Source: Bdellovibrionales bacterium (GTDB lineage: Bacteria > Bdellovibrionota > Bdellovibrionia > Bdellovibrionales > Bdellovibrionaceae). From it: DNA of 64,000 nt. The notes beneath the pieces were generated by a model. That model was given only the letters and a program-made list of their open reading frames with translations, had not been told where the DNA came from and searched no databases. Position 1 is the first letter of the stretch, and every line of letters begins with the position of its first letter. The position numbers and the translations under genes are program-made. The stretch lies in the NCBI GenBank assembly GCA_031370005.1, contig JANMPT010000028.1, positions 128,001-192,000 on the forward strand, given 5' to 3'. Shown here piece after piece: positions 39,499 to 51,200 of the stretch.

Positions 39499-40107
39499 TT
39501 AGGAGTACTTCACCAATCCGGCCTCAACGAGAGCCTTTTCGATCATGAAACACAAAGTGTGATAAGTCGCAATATGCGCTTCCTGGATATTCGCCGTGTT
39601 TGAACCTGGAGCGATGATATAGTGATCAGCCAAATTCATGGCTTTAATTTTTCCACCACCCTTACCCGAAAGAAGTATGCTCTTCGCACCGACCTTACGG
39701 CAGGCCTCCAGGGCAGTGATAATATTGCTCGAATTACCAGAAGTAGTAATTGCCAAAAACGTGTCTTCGGGCTTCATCAAACCCATCACTTGACGTGAAA
39801 AAATATGATCATAACCATAGTCATTACCAACGGCCGTCAAAAAAGAAGTATCCACAGTTAATGCAAATGCACGAATCGGGGTACGATCCTGGGCAAGTTT
39901 TCCAACAAGTTCTGCAGAAATATGCTGTGCATCGGCTGCTGAACCGCCGTTCCCAGCAATATATAGGCATCCGCCCTTTTTATAAGACTCTACGATCACC
40001 TCAATTGCTCCAACGAAGCAATTGAGAACCTCCTCAGATTGAGATAGGGCTAGCATGTTTTGAGCGGACATTTGAAAACTCTCACGTATATAGGCCTTGT
40101 AATCCAT
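39499..40107 (-). CDS. gmhA: Phosphoheptose isomerase
   Basis: GNGGSAADAQH, NDYGY, TTSGNS, IQEAH. Confidence 0.93.
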   Translation of the reverse strand: MDYKAYIRESFQMSAQNMLALSQSEEVLNCFVGAIEVIVESYKKGGCLYIAGNGGSAADAQHISAELVGKLAQDRTPIRAFALTVDTSFLTAVGNDYGYDHIFSRQVMGLMKPEDTFLAITTSGNSSNIITALEACRKVGAKSILLSGKGGGKIKAMNLADHYIIAPGSNTANIQEAHIATYHTLCFMIEKALVEAGLVKYS

Positions 40108-40282
40108 TAAAACCCCACAAAAAAACAGCATAGCAAAGAAGCCCTCCAGAATCACCTGCGTTCTGCCACAGCTGCCATCTCTACTCACTGCGAAAAATCA
40201 AAAGATTGCCAATGCTTAGCTGTCTTTCTAACCTGGGTATGTTCACCTCTGAATCGTACTAACAAAATACACTAGGAGAGTT

Positions 40283-40807
40283 ATGACTTTGCTATTAAAG
40301 CAGATTTTTTCCTTCTTCCAGCTTCTGAACTCAGAAACTGGCACCAACCAATTAGCAGCTGGTTTGGCTTGCGGACTAATTTTGGGGTTCTCCCCGTTCC
40401 TGTCCATTCAAACCCTGCTGATTCTCTGCCTGGTATTCTTCTTTCGCATTCAAATGGGCGCGGCCTTTTTGTCGGCCTTTTTCTTTAAATTTGTGGCCTT
40501 TGTCACAGATCCGATAGCAGATCATTTAGGACGCACAGTCCTTGAGACCGAATCCCTGCGCCCCCTATTCACACAAATGTACAATATGCCATTAGTTCCG
40601 TTCACTCGCTTCAATAATTCCGTTGTAATGGGTTCGGCGATTGTCGGTCTGATATTAGTAATTCCAGCATTTTTTATTTTTCGCGTCTTGATCTTGAAAT
40701 ATCGCGCCACTTTCGTTGCCAGATTTAAAGGCACGAAAATTTGGAGAAGCTTCGCCGCGACAAAAGTTTATGGCTGGTACTCTAAATACAACGAACTTCG
40801 CGGGTGA
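40283..40807 (+). CDS. TIGR03546 family membrane protein
   Basis: LNSETGTNQLA, YNMP..PFTRFNNSVVMG. Confidence 0.85.
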   Translation: MTLLLKQIFSFFQLLNSETGTNQLAAGLACGLILGFSPFLSIQTLLILCLVFFFRIQMGAAFLSAFFFKFVAFVTDPIADHLGRTVLETESLRPLFTQMYNMPLVPFTRFNNSVVMGSAIVGLILVIPAFFIFRVLILKYRATFVARFKGTKIWRSFAATKVYGWYSKYNELRG

Positions 40808-42789
40808 TGACGATGAATACGGAACAAGTAAAAAAAACCAAAGGCCCCATTCGCTTAAATATCCTTATTCCTTTCACCATTATCTGCATTTTGACTTTCA
40901 TCTACTTCCATTTCTTCTTCGACTTCAATCTCAGAAAGGGTTTCGAATGGGCCGGTTACAAAGCCGTCGGGGCTGAGGTAAATATCAATCGACTTGAAAC
41001 CAGTTTTTTTAAAGCAAGCCTCTACATTCGCGGAGTTGAGATCACCGACGCCGATAAGCCTAGGCAAAATATACTAGAAATTGGTGAAATTCGCTGGAGC
41101 ATGTCTTGGGATGCGCTTCTACGCGGAAAAATCCTCATCAATGAAGCTGTAATCGAAAATATTCAATTCGCAACAGCTCGCGAGTTTCCTGGTAAGGTAG
41201 CCCCCCCCACGCCACCTCAAAAACCAGGGCCAGGAATGCTTGAGCAAGAGGCTCAAAAACTTAAAGAGGAAGCCATCGCCAAAGCTCAACAAAACTACGC
41301 TGACAATATGCTCGGCGATCTCGCGGCCATCTTAGGCGGAACTGATGCCCACACTCAACTCGGCAAAATCGAAAGTAGCCTGGCTTCAAAAAAGAAAGCA
41401 CAAGAAATCGAACTCGACATTAAAACAAAGCAAAAAATTTGGGATGAAAAACTTAAAACCCTTCCTCAAGGAAAAGAAATTCAAGCCTTGAGCGATCGCT
41501 TAAATAAAATCAAAACTAAGGACTTTAAAACCCCTCAAGAACTTCAAGCTTCATTGCAAGAGTTTGACGCGGTTTTGAAGCAAGGAGACTCCTTCTACAA
41601 GCAGATAGGCACCACCGGTCAGGACCTTGATAAAGATCTCAAGAAGATCGATGCTGACATCAAAGAACTCGACCTTTTAATTAAGTCAGATGTAAAAGCA
41701 TTAGAGGCGCGCTTCCGCATTCCCGCAATTAACACGAAGGAACTAACTCGCGCGCTTTTCAATAAGTATCTGGGTAAATATGTAGCAAAGATCAATCGCT
41801 ACCGTGCAATGGCTGAAAAGTACATACCACCAAAATATATTAATAAAATTACGGGAAAGAATAAAGCCGGAGCTGTGGACCCAAATGATGTGCCAATCCA
41901 ACCGCATCCGCGTGAAGATGGTATTTCCTATGAGTTCGGACGCAAGAACTCATACCCGCTTTTATGGATCAAAAAAGCTGCGATCAGCTCTCAAGCGGGT
42001 ATGTCACCAAAATCAGGCAACATCCTCGGGCAAATTCTTGATATTAGCTCCAATCAATCACTCACGGGCCATCCGACAGTGATGACGATCAATGGAGACT
42101 TCCCTACAGAACAAATTAAAGACTTGCTGTTAAAATTAGTCTTGGATAATACAAAAGTAGATAGCCTAATTACTTATCAAGTATCCGTGGGTTCCTACCC
42201 GATTAAGGAGGCAGATCTAGTCAACTCCTCGGATGTCAAAATCGGCCTCAAGTCGGCCACTGGTAAATTAAATATTGAAGGCCAGCTCAAGGCTCTGAGA
42301 GAACTCAAAATGAATTTAAACAACCAGTTCACCACTGTAGATTTCGATATTAGCGCAAAAGATGAAAATATCGACAGCATCCTGAAAAAAACGTTCGCAG
42401 AACTACCACTAATCACACTCACGGGCAATGCCTCGGGATATTTACCAAGTATCAGCTTCGACGTCACCTCGAACCTGGGCAGTGAGCTCGAAAAAAGCTT
42501 GCGCAAGCAAGTTGAAACCAAAATTGCCGAAGCCCACAGACAAATCACCGAGTATGTTAACAGAGAGGTTGGGAAACAGCGCGACCAGATCGATGCGCAA
42601 GTAAAACAGATTCGTGAGCAGGTTGACAGCGAAGTTAAAAAAATCCAATCCCAGCTAAATACCCAAAAGAAACAAGCTGAAGGCAAAGCCGATCAAGCAA
42701 AAAAAGATGCGGAAAGCCAAGCCCGAAAAAAACTCGGCGAACAGGGGCAAAAAGCCGTTGATGATTTAAAAAAGAAATTTGGCTTCTAA
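40804..42789 (+). CDS. TIGR03545 family (AsmA-like) protein
   Basis: N-terminal TM, GAEVNI, coiled-coil segments; paired with TIGR03546. Confidence 0.8.
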   Translation: MMTMNTEQVKKTKGPIRLNILIPFTIICILTFIYFHFFFDFNLRKGFEWAGYKAVGAEVNINRLETSFFKASLYIRGVEITDADKPRQNILEIGEIRWSMSWDALLRGKILINEAVIENIQFATAREFPGKVAPPTPPQKPGPGMLEQEAQKLKEEAIAKAQQNYADNMLGDLAAILGGTDAHTQLGKIESSLASKKKAQEIELDIKTKQKIWDEKLKTLPQGKEIQALSDRLNKIKTKDFKTPQELQASLQEFDAVLKQGDSFYKQIGTTGQDLDKDLKKIDADIKELDLLIKSDVKALEARFRIPAINTKELTRALFNKYLGKYVAKINRYRAMAEKYIPPKYINKITGKNKAGAVDPNDVPIQPHPREDGISYEFGRKNSYPLLWIKKAAISSQAGMSPKSGNILGQILDISSNQSLTGHPTVMTINGDFPTEQIKDLLLKLVLDNTKVDSLITYQVSVGSYPIKEADLVNSSDVKIGLKSATGKLNIEGQLKALRELKMNLNNQFTTVDFDISAKDENIDSILKKTFAELPLITLTGNASGYLPSISFDVTSNLGSELEKSLRKQVETKIAEAHRQITEYVNREVGKQRDQIDAQVKQIREQVDSEVKKIQSQLNTQKKQAEGKADQAKKDAESQARKKLGEQGQKAVDDLKKKFGF

Positions 42790-42812
42790 GTGAATCTACT
42801 TAGTTATAGAGA

Positions 42813-43454
42813 TTAGTTGTGATCCTCATCATCGGCACCCATTGCTGAAGGAGGACTCGCTGTTGATTTTTGATTTGGAAATACAAGTTGCTTGATATAG
42901 GCAACCGCATCATCAGTATGCCAATCAATAGTTCCAGTAATCTTTTTTACAAGCTTAAGTTCCTTATTAAGTAAAAAAGACTCCGGCAGCCGATAGATCT
43001 GGTATTGCTGCGAGAGTTTCTTGTCCTCATCCCATACCACATGAATATTCGGCAATGTCTTCATCTCCGGGAAGGACTTCATAAAACTATCAATATCCTC
43101 TCGCGTAGAATCACCAGAAACAGCAATGAGCTCGAGATCATTTGGAAAAGCCTGCATAAGCTTAATCAGTGATGGAACCTCTTCAACACAGGGCCCGCAC
43201 CAAGACGCCCAGAAATTAACAACAAGTACTTTTCCCTTGAACTGAGAAAGTTTTATGCCACGTCCATCAAGAGTCTTAGATTCAAAGCCAGGCAATTCTT
43301 GATTAATAAGAATCGAGCCCTTCACCGCTTCGGCAGCACGATCAGCAGTTTCTTGCGTTTTCTGCATATAGAGACCAGCTCCTACCAAAATGAGTGCTGC
43401 GATCCCGCCTACAATTAATAATGCTCTAAAGTGCTTATTCATATCTACGCTCAC
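42813..43454 (-). CDS. TlpA-family thiol:disulfide oxidoreductase
   Basis: VNFWASWCGPC; N-terminal TM. Confidence 0.9.
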   Translation of the reverse strand: MSVDMNKHFRALLIVGGIAALILVGAGLYMQKTQETADRAAEAVKGSILINQELPGFESKTLDGRGIKLSQFKGKVLVVNFWASWCGPCVEEVPSLIKLMQAFPNDLELIAVSGDSTREDIDSFMKSFPEMKTLPNIHVVWDEDKKLSQQYQIYRLPESFLLNKELKLVKKITGTIDWHTDDAVAYIKQLVFPNQKSTASPPSAMGADDEDHN

Positions 43455-43465
43455 TCTTGGGATTC

Positions 43466-43500
43466 AAAACAATAAAGCCCAGGTTTCCCCAGGCTTTATG
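43466..43500 (-). terminator. Intrinsic terminator after rplQ
   Basis: AAAGCCTGGG-GAAA-CCTGGGCTTT followed by ATTGTTTT on the minus strand. Confidence 0.65.
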
Positions 43501-43533
43501 TTAATCATTTTTAAAGGGATTGGGAGCCTAAAG

Positions 43534-44067
43534 TTAAGCTCTTGCTTCGGCTCTATTTTTCTTTTGAATTTTTTTGACGGATTTCTTTTTCCCGGCAACT
43601 GCTTTTGCAGTTACCTTCTTAGCTTTGGAAACTACTTTTTTAGTGCCTTTTTCATCAGCCTTTGTATCAGATACTTTTGCTGACTTACTAGTAGCATTGG
43701 CCTCAAAATCATAATCTACAAACTCAAGAAAAGCCATCTCAGCTGTATCGCCAGGACGACGTCCAATTTTAATAATACGGGTGTAACCACCGGGGCGTGT
43801 CTTAAAACGAACTGATAGATCATCAAGAATAGTTGATCCAACTTTATTTGCCGGGTACCTAGAAAGCAATAAACGACGAGTCGCTAAATCACCTTTTTTT
43901 CCAAGTGTGATCGCTTTTTCGATATGCCTTCTTACCTCTTTCGCCCTATCAACAGTCGTTGTTATGCGGCCATGCTCAACTAAGGAGCTCAAAATGCCAC
44001 TTAACAAGGCCTTACGGGGTCCAGATTTACGACTAAAATGCTTAACTCTTCTTCTGTGTGAACTCAT
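43534..44067 (-). CDS. rplQ: 50S ribosomal protein L17 with Lys-rich C-terminal tail
   Basis: RITTTV.RAKE, RPGGYTRIIK. Confidence 0.96.
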   Translation of the reverse strand: MSSHRRRVKHFSRKSGPRKALLSGILSSLVEHGRITTTVDRAKEVRRHIEKAITLGKKGDLATRRLLLSRYPANKVGSTILDDLSVRFKTRPGGYTRIIKIGRRPGDTAEMAFLEFVDYDFEANATSKSAKVSDTKADEKGTKKVVSKAKKVTAKAVAGKKKSVKKIQKKNRAEARA

Positions 44068-44085
44068 TTTTAACTCCGAGAATAA

Positions 44086-45114
44086 TTACTGAGCTTCTCT
44101 CTTTTGAGGTGGCTGATTAGGATCCCATCCTGGAGGCGGCCATCCGTCTATCTTCATACCCAAACCAAGTCCCATTTCCGATAAAATCTCTTTAATTTCG
44201 TTAAGAGACTTCCTGCCGAAGTTTTTTGTTTTAAGCATTTCAGCTTCAGAGCGCACAACCAACTCGCCGATATAGCGAATATTCGCATTCTTCAAGCAGT
44301 TAGCACTACGAACCGAAAGCTCAAGATCATCAACTGATCTGAAAAGGTTTTCGTTTAATGTAGGAGAAGAGGAGTCTCTAGCTTCCTCAGAAGGCTCCAT
44401 TGTTTCGTCAAAAGTAAGAAAAATTTGCAGTTGTTCTTTCATAATTTTAGATGAAAGAGCAACTGCCTCTTCTGGCTTCAAGGAACCATCAGTCCAGACT
44501 TCCAAGGCCAATGCGTCATAATCAGTTCTTTGTCCAACACGGGCATTAGAGACGCTGTAGTTAACTTTACTAATTGGACTATAAAGAGCATCTACGCCAA
44601 CGTAGCCTACAGGAAATTCTTTTTCTCTGTTTTCAGTTGGAACATATCCACGACCAAAATCAACAATGATTTCAGCACTGAAATTTGCATTCGCGCCTAG
44701 GGTAGCAATGTGCTGCTCAGGATTCAAAACTTCTACTTTATCAGAAGTCACAATATCACCTGCGGTCACTTTGCCGAGACCTTTTTTGGAAATCTTAAGT
44801 GTTAAGCTATCACTCGTATATTGACGAAAGCGAACCTGCTTAAGATTCAAAATAATATCCGTTACGTCCTCAAGAACATCAGTGATTGTGGTGAACTCAT
44901 GAAGAACACCTTCGAACTTAACTGCAGTAATGGCCGATCCCATCATTGAGCTAAGAAGAATCCTTCTCAAAGAATTACCAAGAGTTACGCCAAAACCTCT
45001 CTCGAGTGGGCGAATAATAAATTTTGCGTAGTCATCACGAAGAGTCTCACGATCAACCTCAAATGCCTTAGGCTTGATCATTTCTCTCCAGAATTTATAA
45101 TAGTGTTCTTGCAT
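44086..45114 (-). CDS. rpoA: RNA polymerase alpha subunit
   Basis: [32 protein letters not shown]. Confidence 0.98.
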   Translation of the reverse strand: MQEHYYKFWREMIKPKAFEVDRETLRDDYAKFIIRPLERGFGVTLGNSLRRILLSSMMGSAITAVKFEGVLHEFTTITDVLEDVTDIILNLKQVRFRQYTSDSLTLKISKKGLGKVTAGDIVTSDKVEVLNPEQHIATLGANANFSAEIIVDFGRGYVPTENREKEFPVGYVGVDALYSPISKVNYSVSNARVGQRTDYDALALEVWTDGSLKPEEAVALSSKIMKEQLQIFLTFDETMEPSEEARDSSSPTLNENLFRSVDDLELSVRSANCLKNANIRYIGELVVRSEAEMLKTKNFGRKSLNEIKEILSEMGLGLGMKIDGWPPPGWDPNQPPQKREAQ

Positions 45115-45132
45115 AGCTCCCCCGCGACGTAA

Positions 45133-45759
45133 TTATCTTGAGTAGTATTCTACGATCATATTTTCTTCAACCTGAAGTGCAATATCGTCTCTCACCGGAG
45201 AGTCTTTTACAATACCTTTGAAGTTAGTATGATCAGCTTCAAGCCATGAAGGTACAGATCTTCTCGCAACAGCCTGCACGGCAGATTGGATCTTAACGAC
45301 TTCTTTACTTGCCTCAGTGACTTGAATCACATCACCTTTTTGAACCAGAATACTTGGAATATTTGATCTCTTACCATTCAATAGAAAATGGTTATGCTTT
45401 ACAAGTTGCCTTGCCTCTCTACGGGAATTTGCGTAACCCAATACGTAAACCACATTGTCGAGTCTCATCTCAAGATTCTTAAGAAGTGCAGTCCCCGTCA
45501 ACTCTTTAGAGCGACTTGCCTCTTTAACGTACTTAACAAACTGACCTTCGGAAACACCGTAGTATCTTTTGGTCTTCTGCTTTTCACGAAGCTGAAGGGC
45601 AAACTCGGAAAACTTCAAACGAGACTGTCCATGTTGTCCTGGTGGATAAGGGCGTCTTTCGAAGGCACACTTATCAGTGTAACAACGGTCTCCCTTAAGG
45701 AACAACTTCACATTTTCGCGACGGCAAAGCTTACAGACACTTTGATTAATGCAGCTCAC
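45133..45759 (-). CDS. rpsD: 30S ribosomal protein S4
   Basis: CKLCRRE, PPGQHG, EMRLDN. Confidence 0.97.
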   Translation of the reverse strand: MSCINQSVCKLCRRENVKLFLKGDRCYTDKCAFERRPYPPGQHGQSRLKFSEFALQLREKQKTKRYYGVSEGQFVKYVKEASRSKELTGTALLKNLEMRLDNVVYVLGYANSRREARQLVKHNHFLLNGKRSNIPSILVQKGDVIQVTEASKEVVKIQSAVQAVARRSVPSWLEADHTNFKGIVKDSPVRDDIALQVEENMIVEYYSR

Positions 45760-45770
45760 GACAAATCTCC

Positions 45771-46166
45771 TTAAATTCTTCTACGCTTAGGTGGACGGCA
45801 ACCGTTATGAGGAACGGGAGTAACGTCTTTCAGGGAAAGGATTCTCATACCAGTGGCAGCCAAAGCTCTGATAGCAGGCTCACGACCTGCTCCAGGGCCT
45901 TTAAGATAGACGTCTAAAGACTTCATACCTGCCTCCATGGCCTTTTTTGCGGCGTCTTCAGCAGCAACTTGTGCCGCAAAAGGCGTGCCTTTACGGCTGC
46001 CTTTGAAGCCTAAGTGGCCGGCCGATGACCAAGAAACAGTGTCACCATTAGGATCGGTAATAGTCACGATGACATTGCCGAACCCAGCTTGGATGTAACA
46101 ATTCCCCTGAGGAACATTTCTTTTAACTTTTTTCTTAGCAACAGGCTTCTTTTCCACATTATTCAT
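45771..46166 (-). CDS. rpsK: 30S ribosomal protein S11
   Basis: [17 protein letters not shown]. Confidence 0.97.
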   Translation of the reverse strand: MNNVEKKPVAKKKVKRNVPQGNCYIQAGFGNVIVTITDPNGDTVSWSSAGHLGFKGSRKGTPFAAQVAAEDAAKKAMEAGMKSLDVYLKGPGAGREPAIRALAATGMRILSLKDVTPVPHNGCRPPKRRRI

Positions 46167-46183
46167 TGATTAGCCACTCCTAG

Positions 46184-46558
46184 TTATACGGCTTTTTTCT
46201 TATTTGCCACAGTCTTCTTAGGCCCCTTGCGAGTACGTGCATTAGAGCGTGTATTCTGACCACGAACCGGCAAGCCTTTACGATGACGAATTCCACGATA
46301 ACAGTTCAAATCCATCAAGCGTTTAATAGCAAGACCGATTTCACGACGAAGATCACCCTCTACCTTAAAGCTTGTCTCGATAACAGAACGCATTTTTGCA
46401 ATCTGTTCATCCGTAAGACCCTCAGTTCTCAAGGTTTGAGGAATTCCAGCATCTTTACAGATTTTACGAGCACGAGGGCGACCAATACCATAGATATAGG
46501 TCAATGCAACTTCCACTCGTTTATTTCTAGGTAAATCGACACCAAGTAAGCGTGCCAT
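46184..46558 (-). CDS. rpsM: 30S ribosomal protein S13
   Basis: [15 protein letters not shown]. Confidence 0.97.
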   Translation of the reverse strand: MARLLGVDLPRNKRVEVALTYIYGIGRPRARKICKDAGIPQTLRTEGLTDEQIAKMRSVIETSFKVEGDLRREIGLAIKRLMDLNCYRGIRHRKGLPVRGQNTRSNARTRKGPKKTVANKKKAV

Positions 46559-46560
46559 GA

Positions 46561-46674
46561 TTAGCCCTGCCTTTGCTTATGTTTAGGGTTCTCGCAAATA
46601 ACGCGAATCACACCTTTTCTTTTGATAATCTTACACTTATTACAGATTTTCTTTACTGAAGGTCTAACTTTCAT
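46561..46674 (-). CDS. rpmJ: 50S ribosomal protein L36 (zinc-ribbon type)
   Basis: Manual translation: [37 protein letters not shown]. Confidence 0.96.
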   Translation of the reverse strand: MKVRPSVKKICNKCKIIKRKGVIRVICENPKHKQRQG

Positions 46675-46790
46675 AACTTAATTCCCAAGGTACAAGATAA
46701 TATTAAAAATCTCGAATCTATAACAAATACAAATGCGGTCCGGAAAAATAACATTCGGGTAGGCCCTTGTCTATCGGTATTTTTAAGATT

Positions 46791-47426
46791 CTAAGAAATA
46801 AGCTTCTTTAAATCTAAAAATATATCCTCAGCCTCTCTCTTGCCATTTACCTCTACATACTTGTGCGACTTCATATAATAGTCCTTCAATGGACTCGTAT
46901 ACTCATCATAACTCTTTAACCGAGCCTCAATGACCTCGGCCTTATCATCACTACGCTGGACAACTTGGCCACCGCAGCTATCGCATATTCCCTCAGTTTT
47001 CGGAGGTCTGCTAATCTCATGATAAACTGCTCCGCAATTTTTACATACCCGTCTGCCAGTCAGGCGACTCATAAGTTCAACTTTAGGTACTTCTAAAAAA
47101 ATAGCTTTAGAAATAGATAAGCAAAGCTTATTCAAAAGTCCATCCAAAGCCTCAGCTTGGGGCACAGTTCTTGGGAAGCCATCCAGTATGAAATTCTTTA
47201 CGCCACTTTTAAGCACTTCCTCAACCATTCCAATAACAATAGTATCAGGAACTAATTGGCCCTTATCCATGTACGACTGAGCCCTAATACCTAGCTCAGT
47301 TTTATTTTTAATCGCTGCCCTAAAAAGATCTCCGGTACTGATTTGAGTCATTCCTTCCCTCTCAACTAACAAGGCAGACTGGGTTCCCTTACCTGCCCCT
47401 GGAGCGCCGAAAAGAATAATGCTCAA
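46791..47426 (-). CDS. adk: Adenylate kinase
   Basis: [17 protein letters not shown], zinc lid. Confidence 0.96.
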   Translation of the reverse strand: MSIILFGAPGAGKGTQSALLVEREGMTQISTGDLFRAAIKNKTELGIRAQSYMDKGQLVPDTIVIGMVEEVLKSGVKNFILDGFPRTVPQAEALDGLLNKLCLSISKAIFLEVPKVELMSRLTGRRVCKNCGAVYHEISRPPKTEGICDSCGGQVVQRSDDKAEVIEARLKSYDEYTSPLKDYYMKSHKYVEVNGKREAEDIFLDLKKLIS

Positions 47427-48748
47427 AATGTAACCCTTCTACTTCTGATTTTAGTTCCCTTAAGGAAACCCTCATATTTTTGGGTATAAATATGAGATTG
47501 AATTTGTTGCGCCGTATCCAAGGCGACGCCTACAAGAATCAACAAACTAGTTCCGCCGAAATAAAATGGAACATTGAATTGGCTCGATAACACGCCCGGG
47601 AGAATGCAGACGACACAAAGATAAATACAGCCAGCAACATTCAAACGATCCAAAACTTTTTGAATATACTCCGCTGTACTTTTGCCAGCTCTTACGCCAG
47701 GAATAAAGCCACCGTATTTTTTTAGATTATCCGCAACTTCACTTGGGTTGAAGACGATCTCAGTATAGAAAAAAGAGAAGAACACAATTAAACCAACAAA
47801 GATAATGTTGTAAATAACTCCAGATGGGTTCAGAGAATCCTGCAAAGACTTCAACCACGGAGCATGAACAAATTGAGCCATTGTTGCTGGAAACATTAAG
47901 AGTGAACTTGCAAAAATTGGTGGAATTACACCAGAGAAGTTAATTTTAATTGGCAAATGACTGCTTGGAGTCTGCATAGACTGCATTCCAGCTCCCTGTC
48001 TTTGAGAATACTGAATTGCAATACGTCTTTGTGCTACTTCCATATAAATAACTGCAGCAATAATAGCAATCATCAATACCAACAACAAAAGCGCCACTGC
48101 CGTACGCATTTCATTAGAGGTCACTAGTTCCCACATTTTATGAGCGCCGCTAGGCACTGAAGACGCAATACCCGTGAATATAATTAAACTTGAGCCGTTT
48201 CCGATTCCACGCTCAGTAATTTGCTCTCCCAGCCACATCACAAAACATGTGCCGGCCGTTAAAGTTATAATTGTCATCATTTGGAATGGGAGGAAGCCAA
48301 CGAATGGCGCAATTACAAGAGATTGGCCAGTTGGACTTGTTGAGTGCATTAGCCAAGAGCTGATTCCATAACCTTGAATAATAGCCAAAGCCACTGTTGC
48401 ATAACGAGTGTATTGATTTATTTTCTTTGTACCCTGTTGACCCTCTTTTTTTAGCGCCTCCAAATAGGGAACCGCCGAGGTCAATAATTGAAAAATGATC
48501 GATGCTGAAATGTAAGGCATGATTCCCAATGCAAAAATACTGAATTGGGAAAGAGCTCCACCCGTAAAGGTGTTAAACAAACCAAAGATTCCGCTACTTT
48601 GAGCCTGAAAAAAAGAAAGAACAGCACTACTATCTACACCAGGAGTTGGCACATGAACCCCGATGCGATACACGGCTAGCATTGCCAAAGTGAAAAAAAT
48701 GCGATTTCTAAGATCAGAATTTTTTGCGATGCTATCTACAGCAGACAC
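47423..48748 (-). CDS. secY: Preprotein translocase SecY
   Basis: [30 protein letters not shown]. Confidence 0.98.
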   Translation of the reverse strand: MSAVDSIAKNSDLRNRIFFTLAMLAVYRIGVHVPTPGVDSSAVLSFFQAQSSGIFGLFNTFTGGALSQFSIFALGIMPYISASIIFQLLTSAVPYLEALKKEGQQGTKKINQYTRYATVALAIIQGYGISSWLMHSTSPTGQSLVIAPFVGFLPFQMMTIITLTAGTCFVMWLGEQITERGIGNGSSLIIFTGIASSVPSGAHKMWELVTSNEMRTAVALLLLVLMIAIIAAVIYMEVAQRRIAIQYSQRQGAGMQSMQTPSSHLPIKINFSGVIPPIFASSLLMFPATMAQFVHAPWLKSLQDSLNPSGVIYNIIFVGLIVFFSFFYTEIVFNPSEVADNLKKYGGFIPGVRAGKSTAEYIQKVLDRLNVAGCIYLCVVCILPGVLSSQFNVPFYFGGTSLLILVGVALDTAQQIQSHIYTQKYEGFLKGTKIRSRRVTF

Positions 48749-49185
48749 TACTTAATTACCTCAATCTTACCACCAGCTGCCTCGATAGCCTTTTTCGCGC
48801 CTTCGCTAAACTTGTGGGCTTTAACAGTTAAAGCTTTTTTAAGTTCGCCATTACCAAGAATCTTAACCAAGCCTTTACCAGCAATACCATGTTGACAAAG
48901 AATCTCAGGATTAACTTCGCCAGAAAGCTTAGTCAATTGGCCAAGGTTCACAATGTTATATTCAGTCGCAAATGCAACGTTGCTAAAGCCAAACTTAGGA
49001 AGGCGTCTCATCAGAGGAGTTTGACCGCCTTCGAAGCCACGACGTACCTTACCACCGGTCCGAGCTAATTGACCTTTATGACCTTTGGCGGCAGTTCCAC
49101 CAAGGCCAGAGCCGATACCGCGACCGACTCTTTTTGGAGCATGCTTAGAACCCGCCTTTGGAGCAAGTGAACTTAAAAGACTCAT
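48748..49185 (-). CDS. rplO: 50S ribosomal protein L15
   Basis: [18 protein letters not shown]. Confidence 0.97.
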   Translation of the reverse strand: MSLLSSLAPKAGSKHAPKRVGRGIGSGLGGTAAKGHKGQLARTGGKVRRGFEGGQTPLMRRLPKFGFSNVAFATEYNIVNLGQLTKLSGEVNPEILCQHGIAGKGLVKILGNGELKKALTVKAHKFSEGAKKAIEAAGGKIEVIK

Positions 49186-49188
49186 AAA

Positions 49189-49374
49189 TTACCCCTTAAT
49201 ATCTACGGTGATAAGGTGCTGAACTTTCATAATTTGGCCTCGATTAGCTTTGGTATCATTTACCTCAGCACTTTGACGAATTTTTTTAAGACCAAGACAT
49301 CTTGCCGTATCTTTTTGATCTTGAGTGCAGCCAATCAGAGATCTTTTTAATGTTACAATAAATATTTTTGCCAT
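49189..49374 (-). CDS. rpmD: 50S ribosomal protein L30
   Basis: VTLKRSLIG, LGLKKI; position. Confidence 0.93.
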   Translation of the reverse strand: MAKIFIVTLKRSLIGCTQDQKDTARCLGLKKIRQSAEVNDTKANRGQIMKVQHLITVDIKG

Positions 49375-49402
49375 TTTCTACCTATACAATCCACAGAGAG
49401 GT

Positions 49403-49858
49403 TTAAATCTGTCTCATTAGTTTAAGTTGTTTCAAGCCATCAATTGTAGCTCTGACCGCATTGTGCGGATTGCGCGTGCCAACACATTTGGTAAGAATAT
49501 CCTTAACACCGACAGACTCTAGAACCGCGCGAACGGCACCGCCTGCAATTACGCCAGTACCAGGAGCGGCAGGCTTCATAACCACCTTCGCTGCGCCGAA
49601 CTTACCAATAACCTCGTGAGGAATAGTTCCCTCTAGCAAATTAATGCCATTGGAATTCTTTTTAGCTGCACGACTAGCCTTACCAATCGCCTCAGGAACT
49701 TCACCAGCTTTACCGGAACCGAATCCGATCTCACCCGCTCCATTACCCACAACAACTAGCGCCGCAAAAGAAAAGCGACGACCGCCTTTAACGACTTTTG
49801 TAACGCGATTAATGGCGACTACACGCTCTTCGAATTCAGCTGTTGAAACTTTCTCCAC
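49403..49858 (-). CDS. rpsE: 30S ribosomal protein S5
   Basis: [14 protein letters not shown]. Confidence 0.97.
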   Translation of the reverse strand: MEKVSTAEFEERVVAINRVTKVVKGGRRFSFAALVVVGNGAGEIGFGSGKAGEVPEAIGKASRAAKKNSNGINLLEGTIPHEVIGKFGAAKVVMKPAAPGTGVIAGGAVRAVLESVGVKDILTKCVGTRNPHNAVRATIDGLKQLKLMRQI

Positions 49859-49868
49859 AATTCACTCC

Positions 49869-50240
49869 TTAGAAATTAAGGCCGCCCTCACGCGCGCCTT
49901 CAGCAAGAGACTTAACTCGACCATGATACAAATAGCCGTTTCTATCAAAAACTACATTTTTAATATTTTTAGCTAATGCAACTTTTGCAACTGCAATGCC
50001 CACTTCTTTGGCAAGATCTTTACCAGAATTTTTGGTTTCAATACTTACAGAGGAGGCCGCAACCAACGTATGCCCATTAACATCGTTCACAACTTGCGCG
50101 TACATATGCTTACCGCTTCTGAACACACACAAGCGAGGGCGCTCTTCAGTTCCATTAACTGTTTTTCTGATTCTAATTTTCTTGGTGAGACGATTTTTTT
50201 TACGCTCACCTGTATGTTTGCTCATTTTCAACTTCATCAT
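49869..50240 (-). CDS. rplR: 50S ribosomal protein L18
   Basis: VVFDRNGYLYHGRV. Confidence 0.97.
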   Translation of the reverse strand: MMKLKMSKHTGERKKNRLTKKIRIRKTVNGTEERPRLCVFRSGKHMYAQVVNDVNGHTLVAASSVSIETKNSGKDLAKEVGIAVAKVALAKNIKNVVFDRNGYLYHGRVKSLAEGAREGGLNF

Positions 50241-50252
50241 AACTCACCCCAA

Positions 50253-50795
50253 TTATTTACCAGCAGATTTACCAGTTTTGCGTCTGATATGCTCACCCGC
50301 ATAACGAACACCTTTTCCAAGATAAGGCTCTGGCGGACGAAAGCTGCGAACCTTTGCAGCCACTTGTCCAACAAGCTCTTTACTGGCACCAGTAATGCTA
50401 ATAGTTGTTTGCTTATCGACTTTGATCTCTATGCCCTCAGGAATATCGAAAATTACAGGGTGACTGAAACCTAAAGAAAGTTCCAATTTTTTTCCTGTGG
50501 CATTTGCACGATAACCGACACCATGGAGCTCAAGACCTTTAGTGAAACCTTTAGTTACACCAATAACTGCATTTTGAATAAGTGACCTGTATAGGCCATG
50601 AAGCGCCTTGCTCTCTTTAGAGTCATCTACGCGGGAAAGAACAACTTTCTTGCCATCCAACTTTGCCGTAACTGCTGGCAACATATGAATGCTCAAAGAG
50701 CTTTTTGCTCCTTTAACAAGTACTTCGTTCTTAGGAGTTAAACTCACTTGAACCTTATCATCAAAAATTACTGGAGCCTTACCTATACGAGACAT
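50253..50795 (-). CDS. rplF: 50S ribosomal protein L6
   Basis: MSRIGK, RPPEPY.GKG. Confidence 0.97.
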   Translation of the reverse strand: MSRIGKAPVIFDDKVQVSLTPKNEVLVKGAKSSLSIHMLPAVTAKLDGKKVVLSRVDDSKESKALHGLYRSLIQNAVIGVTKGFTKGLELHGVGYRANATGKKLELSLGFSHPVIFDIPEGIEIKVDKQTTISITGASKELVGQVAAKVRSFRPPEPYLGKGVRYAGEHIRRKTGKSAGK

Positions 50796-50802
50796 AATTC
50801 AC

Positions 50803-51192
50803 CTACCAAACAGTGCAAAGAAGTTCACCACCAAGATTTTTCTCGGTAGCTTGCTTGTCGCTTAAGATTCCCTTACTAGTACTCAAAATACACATGCCAA
50901 GACCAGATCTTACTTTAGGAATCTGAGTTGCTTTCACATATAAGCGACGGCCCGGAGTACTTACCTTATCTAAAGAAGTAATCGCATGCTGACCATCTTC
51001 CGAATATTTTAAGTAAACACGCATAACACCTTGCTTAGAGTCCTTAGCAACTTTAAAGCTACGAATGTAACCTTCGTTAACTAAAATTTGAGCAATACCA
51101 GTCCTAATTTTAGAGGCCGGCAGGTCAACTTTTTCGTGTTGAGATCTTCCTGCGTTGCGAATAACTGTAAGAAATTGAGCAATTGTATCCAT
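50803..51192 (-). CDS. rpsH: 30S ribosomal protein S8
   Basis: STPGRRLY, STSKG, GGELLC. Confidence 0.97.
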   Translation of the reverse strand: MDTIAQFLTVIRNAGRSQHEKVDLPASKIRTGIAQILVNEGYIRSFKVAKDSKQGVMRVYLKYSEDGQHAITSLDKVSTPGRRLYVKATQIPKVRSGLGMCILSTSKGILSDKQATEKNLGGELLCTVW

Positions 51193-51200
51193 AGTTTCCT

